A stretch of 64,000 nucleotides of DNA from Pseudobacteriovorax antillogorgiicola (lineage in GTDB: Bacteria; Bdellovibrionota_B; Oligoflexia; Oligoflexales; RGVZ01). The translations under genes were made by a program, and so were the position numbers. Positions 47,990 through 58,146 of this stretch are shown here, piece by piece; the stretch's first letter is position 1; every line of letters starts with the position of its first letter. The stretch spans positions 329,201 through 393,200 of the forward strand of contig CAMBEK010000001.1 of NCBI GenBank assembly GCA_945865565.1, in the 5' to 3' direction. Under the pieces are notes generated by a model. The model was not told where the DNA came from, made no database searches, and saw only the letters and a list, made by a program, of their open reading frames with translations.

Positions 47990-49023
47990 GTGGGGCTGTC
48001 GAGCTCCGGTTTGGCATCGCGGGTTAAAAGGCCCATGACGGCTTGGGCGATTGGACGGGATTCATAGAGAACCTGATAGGCGGCCTCAGTGATCGGGGCA
48101 TCGACGCCAAGCCTGTGGGCGAGGTCGCGGGCGGCCAGGGTGGTGGCGTAGCCCTCAGAAACGGAGCCAAGGCTGTCGAGAATGGCCTGGATCCTTTCGC
48201 CCCGGCCCAGGCGAAGGCCCACTTGGAAGTTACGACTTTTTTCAGACGTGCAGGTCAGGAACAGGTCGCCGACTCCGGCGAGGCCCTCAAAAGTCATCGG
48301 GTTTGCGCCCATGGCAACCCCGATGCGGCGCATTTCGGCCAGCCCACGGGTGATCAAGGCAGCACGCGAATTCATTTGAAAGCCAAGCCCAACAGCGGCT
48401 CCTGCCGCGATGGCAATCACATTCTTTAAAGCGCCGGCAAGCTCGACGCCGATTGGATCATCGCTCGTGTAGACACGGAATTGCGGTGCGTGGAAAAGGG
48501 TCTGTACCAGTTGGGCGCGCGACGCATCGTGGCTCGCAGCCACGACGGCCGTTGGTTGATGGGTCGCGACTTCGGAAGCAAAGCTGGGACCTGATAGAAA
48601 GACCGCTTTTTTTCCAGCATCACTGCCCAATAAATCCGCAATGATGGCCCCGGGCAGGCGGGTGGTCGATATTTCGATTCCTTTGACGGCACAAATCACG
48701 ACGTGATCTGGAGAGATACCAAAATCTGCTAATTTTTTAAGCACCTGGGACAGGGCTTGCGCGGCAGTTGCCAGGACGATGATGCGATGTTCGGCGAGCA
48801 AGTCATCAGTGATGTTGTTGATCGCGCCAATTCGCGGTGATAAGGTAAGCGCGTTCAAGTATTTGGGATTTTTCCGGTTTTGGTTGATGCCGGCAGCGAT
48901 TTCAGGCGATCTTGCCCAAAGCGTCACGTGGTGGCCTTTTTCAGCAAGGTGCTGGGCCAGGCAGGTTCCGAAATTGCCTGCGCCCAAGACCAGAATGCGG
49001 TCGCCGGTTACAGAAGTGGCCAT
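47986..49023 (-). CDS. gpsA: NAD(P)H-dependent glycerol-3-phosphate dehydrogenase
   Basis: GAGNFGT, KGIE, LSGPSFA, GALKNVIAI, GLAGVGDL..TCTS..SRN. Confidence 0.96.
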   Translation of the reverse strand: MATSVTGDRILVLGAGNFGTCLAQHLAEKGHHVTLWARSPEIAAGINQNRKNPKYLNALTLSPRIGAINNITDDLLAEHRIIVLATAAQALSQVLKKLADFGISPDHVVICAVKGIEISTTRLPGAIIADLLGSDAGKKAVFLSGPSFASEVATHQPTAVVAASHDASRAQLVQTLFHAPQFRVYTSDDPIGVELAGALKNVIAIAAGAAVGLGFQMNSRAALITRGLAEMRRIGVAMGANPMTFEGLAGVGDLFLTCTSEKSRNFQVGLRLGRGERIQAILDSLGSVSEGYATTLAARDLAHRLGVDAPITEAAYQVLYESRPIAQAVMGLLTRDAKPELDSPT

Positions 49024-49049
49024 CAAGTTCTCCTTCAAGGTAGAAGGTT

Positions 49050-49403
49050 ATGAATCCATATATACCAGTAATCGTCGTTTTAATCTTTGGTGTTGTCCTA
49101 GGCGGGATTCTTTCCGGCCTTGCGGCCTTTTTGGGTCCAAAGAAGTACTCCAGGGAAAAGATGGATCCCTACGAGTGCGGGGTGCCGAAGGTCACGGCTG
49201 GCTCGGAAAAAATGAGCGTCAAGTTCTACCTGACCGCAATCCTTTTCATCCTGTTCGATATTGAGACGGTTTTCCTTTATTTGTGGGCCCGCACATTCAA
49301 AGAGTTGGGATGGCTGGGCATCATCGAAATTGCAGTATTCGTTTTAATCCTTGTGGTTGGTTACATCTACGTTGTCAGGCGCGGTGCGCTGGAGTGGGAT
49401 TGA
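49050..49403 (+). CDS. nuoA: NADH-quinone oxidoreductase subunit A
   Basis: PYECG, FYLTAILFILFDIE, GALEW. Confidence 0.95.
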   Translation: MNPYIPVIVVLIFGVVLGGILSGLAAFLGPKKYSREKMDPYECGVPKVTAGSEKMSVKFYLTAILFILFDIETVFLYLWARTFKELGWLGIIEIAVFVLILVVGYIYVVRRGALEWD

Positions 49404-49407
49404 TCGG

Positions 49408-50520
49408 ATGGGAATGAATCTTGGTATAGACTTTTCGTCACTTCTACAGTGGAACGACTTCACGGTTGATCTGGCGGCCTTTGCTGTGAAGTTTGCCATC
49501 CTTGTCGGTGGCTTGCTCCAGTTGCCGCCGCTTCTCGTTTGGATCGAGCGCCGGGTGCCGGCATTGATGCAGCGACGCAGGGGTCCCAACCGGGTCGGGA
49601 TTTTCAAGTGGCGCCTCTACGGCCTCCTTCAGTCCTTGGCCGATACGGTTAAGCTGATTTTTAAAGAAGAAGTCGTCCCCGATGGTGCGCACAAGGTCTT
49701 CTACCATCTTGCCCCGGTATTTTGTGTGTTTCCGGCCTTCCTCGTGGCGTGCGCCATTCCTTATGGCCCTGACTTGGCCATTTATGGTTACAAGATCCCC
49801 TTAAGCGTCGTGCGGATGGACGTCGGCTTTTTATTTATTTTTGCAATTTCGAGTTTAGCTGTTTACGGCGTCGCTCTGGCTGGTTGGGCCAGTAACAATA
49901 AGTATTCGCTGATGGGCTCATTACGCGCCTCAGCTCAAATGATCAGCTATGAGATTCCTCTCGGAATGTCCCTCATCCCGATTGTTTTAATCTACGGGAC
50001 TTTGGATTTAGGCAAGATCGTGGAGGCCCAGAACTCGTTCTTTCAGTGGGGGGTGTTTACCGCGCCCGTGTCTTTACTGATTTTCGTGATTTGCATGTTC
50101 GCCGAAACCAACCGGGCTCCCTTCGATCTGGCTGAAGCCGAGGGCGAACTGGTGGCTGGTTTTCACACGGAATACAACTCAGCAAAATTCGCGGCGTTTT
50201 TCTTGGGCGAATACGTATCGATGTTCGTCCTGTCTTGTCTGGCCTCGACCGTGTTCTTTGGTGGCTGGCAGGTGCCTTTTGTTTCCTATGACGCCCTAGT
50301 GACCATGCTGGGCTCACCCAACTTCGTGGCCCCGATCGGCATTTTGATGCTGCTCCTCAAGGCCGCTTTTTTCATGTGGGTTTATATCTGGGTCCGCTGG
50401 ACATTGCCCCGGTTCCGGTACGACCAGTTAATGTCTCTTGGATGGAAATTTATGCTGCCGATCGGGTTGGCCAATGTGGTCGTCACCGCTATCGTGCTGG
50501 CTGTGTTGAGGTTCAAATAG
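49408..50520 (+). CDS. nuoH: NADH-quinone oxidoreductase subunit H
   Basis: MQRRRGPNRVG, AETNRAPFDLAEAEGELVAG, PRFRYDQLM. Confidence 0.96.
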   Translation: MGMNLGIDFSSLLQWNDFTVDLAAFAVKFAILVGGLLQLPPLLVWIERRVPALMQRRRGPNRVGIFKWRLYGLLQSLADTVKLIFKEEVVPDGAHKVFYHLAPVFCVFPAFLVACAIPYGPDLAIYGYKIPLSVVRMDVGFLFIFAISSLAVYGVALAGWASNNKYSLMGSLRASAQMISYEIPLGMSLIPIVLIYGTLDLGKIVEAQNSFFQWGVFTAPVSLLIFVICMFAETNRAPFDLAEAEGELVAGFHTEYNSAKFAAFFLGEYVSMFVLSCLASTVFFGGWQVPFVSYDALVTMLGSPNFVAPIGILMLLLKAAFFMWVYIWVRWTLPRFRYDQLMSLGWKFMLPIGLANVVVTAIVLAVLRFK

Positions 50521-51068
50521 TGGAAGCGCTGTACTTTGTTCCGGAAATGCTTTTTTACGTCATCTCCGGGCTGATCCTGTTGTCGTCTATCATGGTCGTT
50601 GCGGCACGCAATCCAGTGACAAGTGCCATCTTTCTGGTGGTCGATTTGTTTTTCGTTGCAGCACTCTATGCGCAGCTTGATGCTCATTTTACCGCCGCGA
50701 TTCAGGTTCTGGTCTATGCCGGGGCGATTGTGGTGTTGTTTGTCTTTGTGATCATGATCCTCAACTTGAAGCCTGACGCACTTCGCGGGATTCGATTTTC
50801 CCTCGGTGAGGCTCTGGTGCTTTTGATTACACTAGCCGGGTTCGTCATCGTCGGGTCGGAACTGGCGCGCACGGCACCTGATCTCACAACACCGGGAAAT
50901 CTTGGTAGCGCAGCAATTGAAATGGCGGGCGGTAATACCTATGTCGTTGCAATGCGGATGTTTACGGCGTTCCTCTGGCCCTTTGAAATGGCTTCTGTCC
51001 TGATCCTTCTTGCAATCGTTGCCTGTGTCATGATTGCCAAAAAGGACAAGAGGGTAACAAAATCATGA
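50520..51068 (+). CDS. nuoJ: NADH-quinone oxidoreductase subunit J
   Basis: NPV.SA, QVLVYAGAIVVLF.FVIM, PFE; GTG overlaps the nuoH stop. Confidence 0.93.
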   Translation: MEALYFVPEMLFYVISGLILLSSIMVVAARNPVTSAIFLVVDLFFVAALYAQLDAHFTAAIQVLVYAGAIVVLFVFVIMILNLKPDALRGIRFSLGEALVLLITLAGFVIVGSELARTAPDLTTPGNLGSAAIEMAGGNTYVVAMRMFTAFLWPFEMASVLILLAIVACVMIAKKDKRVTKS

Positions 51069-51367
51069 TCCCTGTTGAAAACTACTTTGTCCTTTCATCT
51101 CTCGTGTTCCTGTGCGGTCTGGCAGGCGTGATGTTCCGCCGGAATCTCATCATGGTCCTCATGTCCATTGAACTCATGCTCAACGCGGTGAACATAATCT
51201 TCGTGGCGGCATCGCGTCATTTGGCGCAGGTGGACGGACAGATCATGGTCCTTTTCGTAATCACGGTGGCAGCATGTGAGGCCGCCGTTGGTTTGGCGAT
51301 GGTGATTGCCCTGTTCCGTCGTTACGGCACTGTAAATACTGAATTCCTACGCCTGTTGCGCGGCTGA
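51065..51367 (+). CDS. nuoK: NADH-quinone oxidoreductase subunit K
   Basis: RRN...MSIELMLNAVN, VAACEAAVGLA. Confidence 0.96.
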   Translation: MIPVENYFVLSSLVFLCGLAGVMFRRNLIMVLMSIELMLNAVNIIFVAASRHLAQVDGQIMVLFVITVAACEAAVGLAMVIALFRRYGTVNTEFLRLLRG

Positions 51368-51383
51368 AACAGCCCCCGAGGAG

Positions 51384-53315
51384 ATGCTGCAAATGATCTG
51401 GTTGATGATTCTTTTCCCGTTGCTTGGCGCATTCATCAACGGTCTTGTTCTGCGCAAGGCCTCAAAATCCGTGTCCCATGCCGTGGCTGTTGGTGCGATG
51501 CTGGCATCGTTTGCGTGCGCCGCGGCTACCTTCTGGCAGCTGATGGGATCGGGTGGTGATGCCAAGGTTATCCAGGGATTTCCGTGGATATCCGCAGGCG
51601 GCTTTTCAGCCCCTTTCAACCTGATTCTTGACCGCCTTTCCGGGCTCATGATTTTAATTGTCACTGGCATTGGATCCCTGATCCATATCTACGCCGGCGG
51701 CTACATGCATGAAGAGAAGAGCACGAGCCGGTTCTTTTCATACCTGAATCTTTTTGTATTCATGATGCTCCTCCTCGTGCTGGGCGATAACATGTTGGTC
51801 ATGTTTGTTGGTTGGGAGGGTGTTGGCCTCTGCAGCTACCTGCTCATTGGATACTGGTTCGAAGACGATGCGAACGCCGCAGCAGGGATGAAGGCTTTCA
51901 TTGTGAACCGGATTGGTGACATTGGATTTCTTGTCGCCATTTTTCTGACCTTCAAGCACTTCGGCACGGTTTCGTTCAGTGAACTGCGTGACATGGTTGG
52001 CAGCGGAACTTTAGATGCGATCAAGGTCGGCGCTGTCGGCTGGATTACGATTTGCCTGTTCATCGGTGCCTGTGGCAAGTCGGCCCAATTGCCCTTGTTT
52101 GTCTGGTTGCCCGATGCCATGGCTGGCCCAACGCCGGTTTCAGCTTTGATCCACGCAGCGACAATGGTTACGGCCGGAATCTACATGATGACTCGTGTAA
52201 ATTTTCTCTTCTATTTGGCTCCGTCAACCATGACCGCTGTAGCCGTCATTGGTGGCCTTACCGCTTTTTTCGCTGCCACCATCGCCCTCGTTCAAAATGA
52301 CATCAAAAAGGTACTGGCATACTCAACCGTGAGCCAGCTCGGATATATGGTGATGGCGTGCGGTGTTGGTGCCTTCGACGCCGGTGTCTTTCATCTTCTG
52401 ACCCACGCTTGCTTCAAGGCCTTGTTGTTCCTTGGCGCAGGAAGCGTCATCGTCGCCATGCACCACAAACAGGACATGCGGGAGATGGGTGGCCTGTCAA
52501 AGTACATGCCCGTCACCCACGCCGTCTTTCTGGTCGGGGTTCTTGCCATCATCGGATTTCCGGGTTTGGCCGGATTTTTCTCCAAAGATGAGATCCTTTG
52601 GAAGGCATTCACTGGGGGCGGACCCGCACTTTGGATTGTCGGAACAGTGACCGCTGGGATGACGGCGTTTTACATGGTTCGTTTGCTTTGCATGACTTTC
52701 TACGGTCCAAATCGAAGCGACCATCACACCAGGGAGCACCTCCACGAGACTCCGGTTATGATGTGGGCACCCCTGGTTATCCTTGCCCTGCTTAGTGCCA
52801 CGGTTGGCTACCTCGGTGTGCCCGAAGTTCTGGGTGGTCATAATATTTTTCATCACTACTTGGATCCAGTATTGATGATTCCGGCCCAAGTTTCAGAAAA
52901 TTGGGCATTCCTGTCGGCCCATCATGAGCACTCACTGGAATTAGGGCTGATGGCAGCATCTGTCGGCGTGATGTTTATTGCGTCTGGTCTGGCAGTTGCT
53001 CTTTATGCAAAGGGGCCGGCTCCTGTTCTCGCCACATGGGCCAACAGCTTCCGCCGTACCTACGATGTCTTGTCCAACAAGTATTATGTCGACGAATTCT
53101 ACGACGCATGGATTGTGCGGCCACTGCATGACATGTCGGAGTTTCTTTGGGCAATTTTTGATGTCGTGTTGATTGACGGCATCGTTAACGGGGTTGGTCA
53201 GGTGTGCGCTCTCGCCGGTGGACTTGCCAGTTTCCGGATGACTGGAAGCGTCCATCGTCACAGCATGGTTTTGGTCCTGGGCTTAGTTGTACTCCTATTT
53301 ATTTTGGTAGTTTAA
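51384..53315 (+). CDS. nuoL: NADH-quinone oxidoreductase subunit L
   Basis: GKSAQLPL.VWLPDAMAGPTPVSALIHAATMV, HACFKALLF, FFSKDEI. Confidence 0.96.
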   Translation: MLQMIWLMILFPLLGAFINGLVLRKASKSVSHAVAVGAMLASFACAAATFWQLMGSGGDAKVIQGFPWISAGGFSAPFNLILDRLSGLMILIVTGIGSLIHIYAGGYMHEEKSTSRFFSYLNLFVFMMLLLVLGDNMLVMFVGWEGVGLCSYLLIGYWFEDDANAAAGMKAFIVNRIGDIGFLVAIFLTFKHFGTVSFSELRDMVGSGTLDAIKVGAVGWITICLFIGACGKSAQLPLFVWLPDAMAGPTPVSALIHAATMVTAGIYMMTRVNFLFYLAPSTMTAVAVIGGLTAFFAATIALVQNDIKKVLAYSTVSQLGYMVMACGVGAFDAGVFHLLTHACFKALLFLGAGSVIVAMHHKQDMREMGGLSKYMPVTHAVFLVGVLAIIGFPGLAGFFSKDEILWKAFTGGGPALWIVGTVTAGMTAFYMVRLLCMTFYGPNRSDHHTREHLHETPVMMWAPLVILALLSATVGYLGVPEVLGGHNIFHHYLDPVLMIPAQVSENWAFLSAHHEHSLELGLMAASVGVMFIASGLAVALYAKGPAPVLATWANSFRRTYDVLSNKYYVDEFYDAWIVRPLHDMSEFLWAIFDVVLIDGIVNGVGQVCALAGGLASFRMTGSVHRHSMVLVLGLVVLLFILVV

Positions 53316-53371
53316 CGCGGTTGCGGCTTGTGATTGCAGGCGGCGATTGCATTTTAGGTGCAGGTCTTTAG

Positions 53372-54898
53372 ATGGAATTTTTCAACTCGCATGTTTTGAG
53401 CATCATGACGTTTCTTCCACTCATGGTGGCAGCAGTAATTTTTATCGTACCAGATGATAAATTTGCTCGTGTTGCAGCCCTCGGCGGATCAATCCTCACC
53501 TTTTTTGTCAGCCTTCACGTATGGCACTACTTCAATTCTGGTTCGGCAAAGATCCAGTTTGTTGAAAGTTATGTGTGGATGCCTGAGTTTGGAATCAGGG
53601 CTATTTTTGGTGTCGACGGGATCAGTCTTTTGCTGGTGATGCTCACCACTGCCCTGACACCACTGGTGATACTGAGCCTTTGGAACAGTCATGTTGCAAA
53701 TTTGCGTTATTTTTTCGGCGCGCTGCTGGCTCTGCAAACCGGCATGCTGGGCGCGCTGGTCGCCCTCGACCTGGTTTTCTTTTACGTATTTTGGGAAGTC
53801 ATGCTGATCCCGATGTATTTTATCATCGGAATTTGGGGTGGGGCCCGCCGTATCTACGCAACGACCAAGTTTATCCTTTATACGGTGGTCGGTTCGCTTT
53901 TGATGCTTGCTGCGGCAATCGTCCTTTACATCAGCTACCACAGGCAAACAGGCATTTACTCCACGAGCATTCTGGACCTGTACAATGCGTCCCTTGATCC
54001 CACGACCCAACTCTGGTTGTTCGGTTGTTTTGCCCTGGCCTTTGCCATCAAGGTTCCGATGTGGCCCTTTCATACTTGGTTGCCCGACGCCCATGTCGAG
54101 GCCCCAACAGCTGGTTCCGTCATCCTGGCAGGCGTGCTGCTAAAAATGGGAACCTATGGTTTCCTGCGTTTTGCGATTCCCATGTTTCCCCTGGCAGTCA
54201 AATCCTTTGCTCCCATTCTGGTTTTCCTTGGTGTGGTCGGGATCATCTACGGAGCCCTGACAGCTTGGGTTCAACAAGATGCCAAGAAGCTGGTTGCTTA
54301 CTCCTCGGTTTCGCACCTTGGATTTGTCGTTGTTGGTTCCGTAGCCCTGCTGGCTGATGGGAGCCTTTCTGTCGAGGCGTTGACCGGCGCCCTTTACCAG
54401 ATGATCAATCACGGGGTTTCCACCGGCGCATTATTCTTTCTAGTTGGTGTCATTTATGAACGCCGGCATACCCGTATGCTCGCCGACTTTGGGGGGCTCG
54501 CCTCGGTGATGCCCTGGTTCGCTGTGATTTTGATTATTGCGACACTTGGCTCAGTAGGCCTACCGGGAACAGGTGGTTTTGTTGGAGAGTTTTTGATCCT
54601 CCTCGGAACCTACCAGTCGTCTCCAGTTGCCGCAGTGATGAGCGCCACCGGCGTGCTGCTGGGAGCGATTTACATGCTGACCCTCTGCCGCAAACTTTTG
54701 TTTGGCCCGGTGACACACGAGGAAAATAAAAAGCTGAAGGATCTTTCCCCGCTGGAATTTAGCTATCTGGTTCCATTGGCCTTGCTCGTGATTATCATGG
54801 GCGTGTTTCCAGAATTTTTCCTGGCGAAGTCCAAAGCATCAATTGAACACCTTGCAAAGAATTATCGCAGCTATAGCCTTGCGATTGATTCCCACTGA
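53372..54898 (+). CDS. nuoM: NADH-quinone oxidoreductase subunit M
   Basis: FYVFWE, KVP..PFHTWLPDAHVEAP, KLVAYSSVSH, GLPG..GFVGE. Confidence 0.96.
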   Translation: MEFFNSHVLSIMTFLPLMVAAVIFIVPDDKFARVAALGGSILTFFVSLHVWHYFNSGSAKIQFVESYVWMPEFGIRAIFGVDGISLLLVMLTTALTPLVILSLWNSHVANLRYFFGALLALQTGMLGALVALDLVFFYVFWEVMLIPMYFIIGIWGGARRIYATTKFILYTVVGSLLMLAAAIVLYISYHRQTGIYSTSILDLYNASLDPTTQLWLFGCFALAFAIKVPMWPFHTWLPDAHVEAPTAGSVILAGVLLKMGTYGFLRFAIPMFPLAVKSFAPILVFLGVVGIIYGALTAWVQQDAKKLVAYSSVSHLGFVVVGSVALLADGSLSVEALTGALYQMINHGVSTGALFFLVGVIYERRHTRMLADFGGLASVMPWFAVILIIATLGSVGLPGTGGFVGEFLILLGTYQSSPVAAVMSATGVLLGAIYMLTLCRKLLFGPVTHEENKKLKDLSPLEFSYLVPLALLVIIMGVFPEFFLAKSKASIEHLAKNYRSYSLAIDSH

Positions 54899-54918
54899 TT
54901 TTTGAAGAGAGGTTCCCA

Positions 54919-56406
54919 GTGTTCAGTTTTCCGGAAATCACGTCAGCATTTTATTACACCGCTGCGCCAGTCTTGATCCTTGTTGCGGGCAGCATGATTG
55001 CTCTGCTGCAAGGCGTTTCAACGGGGTATTCTTCCCGGCGCGCGATTGAGACTGTGGCATGGATAACTACGTTTGCTGCGATTGTGGCGGCCGCGGCTAT
55101 GCCTACTGAGCATGCAGACTATCTTGCGGGCGGTCTCCTTAGCGGTACATTGGCGAGGGTAGGTCAATTGGCGATCCTCATGATTTCCGCAGCAGTCATG
55201 ATGATGATGCGCGAACATCATACGGCCCAAAGTTTTTTCCGTGGTGAGGTCATCAGCATATTTTTGATGTTGATCTCGGGCATGTTGGTCTTGGTGTCGA
55301 GTGATGATCTTGTCACTCTGTTTGTCGGGTTGGAATTGGCATCGATTGGGCTTTATGTGATTTTAGGCTACGTCCAGCCAAACCGGCGAAGCCAAGAGGG
55401 GGCAATCAAGTATTTCATTCTTGGTTCTGTCGCGGCAGCTATTTTGCTTTTTGGATTCGCACTTCTTTACGCCTCGTGCGGGACGATGCGTCTCAGTGGC
55501 ATTGTTGCAGCTCTTCCGCCAATTGCTGGCCATGGATGGGTACACCTTGGAGCGTTGCTGACATTAGTAGGGCTTGGCTTCAAGTTGGCACTCGTGCCTT
55601 TCCACATGTGGGCACCGGATGCTTACGAATCTGCCCCCACTGGAATTACCGCTTTCATGGCAACAACAGTGAAGGTCATGATCTTGACGGTTGCGCTCCG
55701 TTTGTTTGCCGGCGCCTTCTCGAGTTTGAGTGATGTCTGGTACCCGGCGCTTATCATCCTGGCGGTTCTTTCTGTGATCGCGGGCAACATCATGGCCCTC
55801 GTCCAGTCGAACCTGAAGCGCATGCTCGCCTATTCCTCTATTGCGCACAGTGGCTACATGGCAGTCGCTATTTGTGCCCTTTCAGCAACCGATACCAGCC
55901 TGCCGGTCAGGGCAATTCTGTTCTATCTCCTGACCTACGTCATCGTTTCGCTCGGTGCCTTTGCTGTGGTCATGTCCTTGGAAACTCCGGACAATGATCA
56001 GCTGACTATTGACGACCTGTCTGGATTGGCAAAAAAACGGCCCGGGTTGGCCTTCGCCATGACAGTATTTATGCTTAGCTTTGGAGGTATGCCTCCAACT
56101 GCGGGTTTCATTGGAAAGTTTTTCGTCTTTAACGCAGCCCTGAACAACCATCTGTACGGGCTTGTATTCGTCGGCATCATCGGCAGCACGATTTCCCTGT
56201 TCTATTACCTTCGGCTCGTGGTCCGCATGTACATGGCACAGCCTGTCGCGCCGTTTGGTGCCGTCAACACGGCCAACGGACGGTTCAGTCTGACCAACTT
56301 GGTTCTTGGTTTTGCGGTCGTGAGTACGCTCCTTCTTGGAACCGTTCTCCCGGCGGAGATCATGGACCGCTTGGCTGGATCGGCAACCGAGGTTGCCCGG
56401 AAATAA
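54919..56406 (+). CDS. nuoN: NADH-quinone oxidoreductase subunit N
   Basis: EGAIKYF, FKLALVPFHMWAPDAYE.AP, KRMLAYSSIAH, GFIGKF. Confidence 0.96.
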   Translation: MFSFPEITSAFYYTAAPVLILVAGSMIALLQGVSTGYSSRRAIETVAWITTFAAIVAAAAMPTEHADYLAGGLLSGTLARVGQLAILMISAAVMMMMREHHTAQSFFRGEVISIFLMLISGMLVLVSSDDLVTLFVGLELASIGLYVILGYVQPNRRSQEGAIKYFILGSVAAAILLFGFALLYASCGTMRLSGIVAALPPIAGHGWVHLGALLTLVGLGFKLALVPFHMWAPDAYESAPTGITAFMATTVKVMILTVALRLFAGAFSSLSDVWYPALIILAVLSVIAGNIMALVQSNLKRMLAYSSIAHSGYMAVAICALSATDTSLPVRAILFYLLTYVIVSLGAFAVVMSLETPDNDQLTIDDLSGLAKKRPGLAFAMTVFMLSFGGMPPTAGFIGKFFVFNAALNNHLYGLVFVGIIGSTISLFYYLRLVVRMYMAQPVAPFGAVNTANGRFSLTNLVLGFAVVSTLLLGTVLPAEIMDRLAGSATEVARK

Positions 56407-56419
56407 GCCTGGAGGAAGT

Positions 56420-57202
56420 GTGAGGCCTTTGCTGTTTCACTTTCTTGGCATTCCCGTGCCTGCTTGGCATTTCTTCTTTGCGGTCGCCGCTTTGGCGGCC
56501 TTTTTTTTGTTTCGTAGCGCCATGTGTAAGTCACACAGCGGGATTTCCAAGAAGTCACTGAGCGTCATTTTCTCGGCAGGTTATTTTGGCGTCATCGTTG
56601 GCGCGATGGTCTGGTCCAAAGTGATTGAGGGATCCGGATTATACCCCGCCGGCTTGCCGGCGCACTTTGCGATGTCATCTTCCGGTGGAATTATTGGCGG
56701 CGCGATCTGCGCATCCATCGCAGCCAGTTTTTTTCGTATTCCGATTGCGATCGTAGGTGACGCGGCAGCGGCCCCTGTACTCTTGGCGTTTGCGATTGGG
56801 CGGATTGGATGTTTTTTGAATGGTGACGACTATGGTGTCGCCGTTTTGCCAGACCTGAGGTGGCTGGGAGTGATTTTTCCGAACCTTCATGACGGCGGAG
56901 TTCTACGTCACCCAGTCCAATTGTATGAGTCGGCAGGCTGTCTTGTCGGTATCGTCTTGAGTTTGGCTGTTAGATCAAAGGCGACTTTACGAGGTCAGCC
57001 TTTAGAAGCCGGGGTGATCGGGAGCTTAACGCTGATCTGGTATGCTACCTTGAGATTTATGTTGGAGGATCTGCGGGATGATTGGCGCGGATTGCCTGCA
57101 CACTTTTCTGAAGTATTTTTGTTTTCTCCCCCTCAAGTCCTGGCGTTGGCGATGTTCGCGCTGGGAATATTTTTTTTATTAAGGCTGAAGGTCAATGAAT
57201 AG
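56420..57202 (+). CDS. lgt: Lgt-like prolipoprotein diacylglyceryl transferase (divergent)
   Basis: AIGRIGCFLNGDDYG, HPVQLYE, RF.LE.LR; GGAGG RBS before GTG 56420. Confidence 0.75.
   Translation: MRPLLFHFLGIPVPAWHFFFAVAALAAFFLFRSAMCKSHSGISKKSLSVIFSAGYFGVIVGAMVWSKVIEGSGLYPAGLPAHFAMSSSGGIIGGAICASIAASFFRIPIAIVGDAAAAPVLLAFAIGRIGCFLNGDDYGVAVLPDLRWLGVIFPNLHDGGVLRHPVQLYESAGCLVGIVLSLAVRSKATLRGQPLEAGVIGSLTLIWYATLRFMLEDLRDDWRGLPAHFSEVFLFSPPQVLALAMFALGIFFLLRLKVNE
56482..56508 (+). terminator. Terminator-like hairpin inside the 5' end of the lgt-like gene; probable nuo operon terminator
   Basis: GGTCGCC-GCTTT-GGCGGCC followed by T8. Confidence 0.55.
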
Positions 57203-58139
57203 CGGAATGGCTCTCAGTTTAATCACGGCTTTCATGTGGGGGATCCTGCCAGTTGCACTTAAGCGCGTTCTGCAGCATTTGGATCCTGTTACGATCACGT
57301 GGGTCCGTCTGGTGTTCGCGACGGTATTTGTCGGCAGCTACTATGTTTGGTCTGGCAAATGGCCTGCTCCGGCAAAATTCACACGACGAAACGTGATATG
57401 GCTTTCAGGGGTGGCTGTTTCCATGGCAGCCAATTATTGGTTGTTCCTTGCGGGCCTTCATCTTGTGTCTCCGCCCGTCGCGCAATTGACCATTCAGACT
57501 GGGCCACTTTTTCTGGCACTTGGTAGCTGGTATTTTTTTTCGGAGAAACTTCGACGGAGGCAGCTCGCTGGTTTCGCTGTGATGCTTTTGGGCTTTTGGT
57601 TTTTTTATTCAGGAAATTTGGGAGCCGGCATGGGGCCTCCAAATTCAGCGGCAGAATTTACAGGAGTCATCCTCGTAGTTTTAGCCGCCATAGCCTGGAC
57701 GATTTACGCCCTGATTCAAAAACTTTTGGGAGCTCATTTCCCAAGTTCCTTCATTCTGCTGGCAGGTTATGCAGGCGCCGGCATTTTTCTTGGGCCGGTG
57801 TCGTCCCCAGGAACAACAGCGAGCTTAAGTCCGTCTCAGGGTTGGTACCTTCTTTTTTGTTGTGTGAACACCGTCGTCGCCTACGGTTGCTTTGCTGAAG
57901 CAGTCCGGCGATGGGAGGCTCCGCGGGTCAGCGCAATCCTCGCCATCACTCCGATTATCACGTTCGCGGCATCCATGGTGGAGGCACAGATTTTTCATGG
58001 TGAAATTCCTGCCGCCTTGATCGCGAGCTCTACTCAATTACTTGGCGCAGGGCTCGTCGTTGGGGGCTCGATGGCAGCTTCTTTGGGTTCAGGTGGCCAG
58101 TTCAAAAAGAAGGGGCGAGAGAAGCCTCTCGCCCCTTGA
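57195..58139 (+). CDS. DMT/EamA family transporter
   Basis: About 10 TM helices in two EamA repeats; WGILP..LK, FFSEKL. Confidence 0.88.
   Translation: MNSGMALSLITAFMWGILPVALKRVLQHLDPVTITWVRLVFATVFVGSYYVWSGKWPAPAKFTRRNVIWLSGVAVSMAANYWLFLAGLHLVSPPVAQLTIQTGPLFLALGSWYFFSEKLRRRQLAGFAVMLLGFWFFYSGNLGAGMGPPNSAAEFTGVILVVLAAIAWTIYALIQKLLGAHFPSSFILLAGYAGAGIFLGPVSSPGTTASLSPSQGWYLLFCCVNTVVAYGCFAEAVRRWEAPRVSAILAITPIITFAASMVEAQIFHGEIPAALIASSTQLLGAGLVVGGSMAASLGSGGQFKKKGREKPLAP
58104..58137 (-). terminator. Intrinsic terminator of the minus-strand ABC/DUF4340 operon, within the EamA 3' end
   Basis: AAGGGGCGAGAG-AAGC-CTCTCGCCCCTT with a 5' A-run (U tract on the minus strand). Confidence 0.75.
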
Positions 58140-58146
58140 GGGTGCA

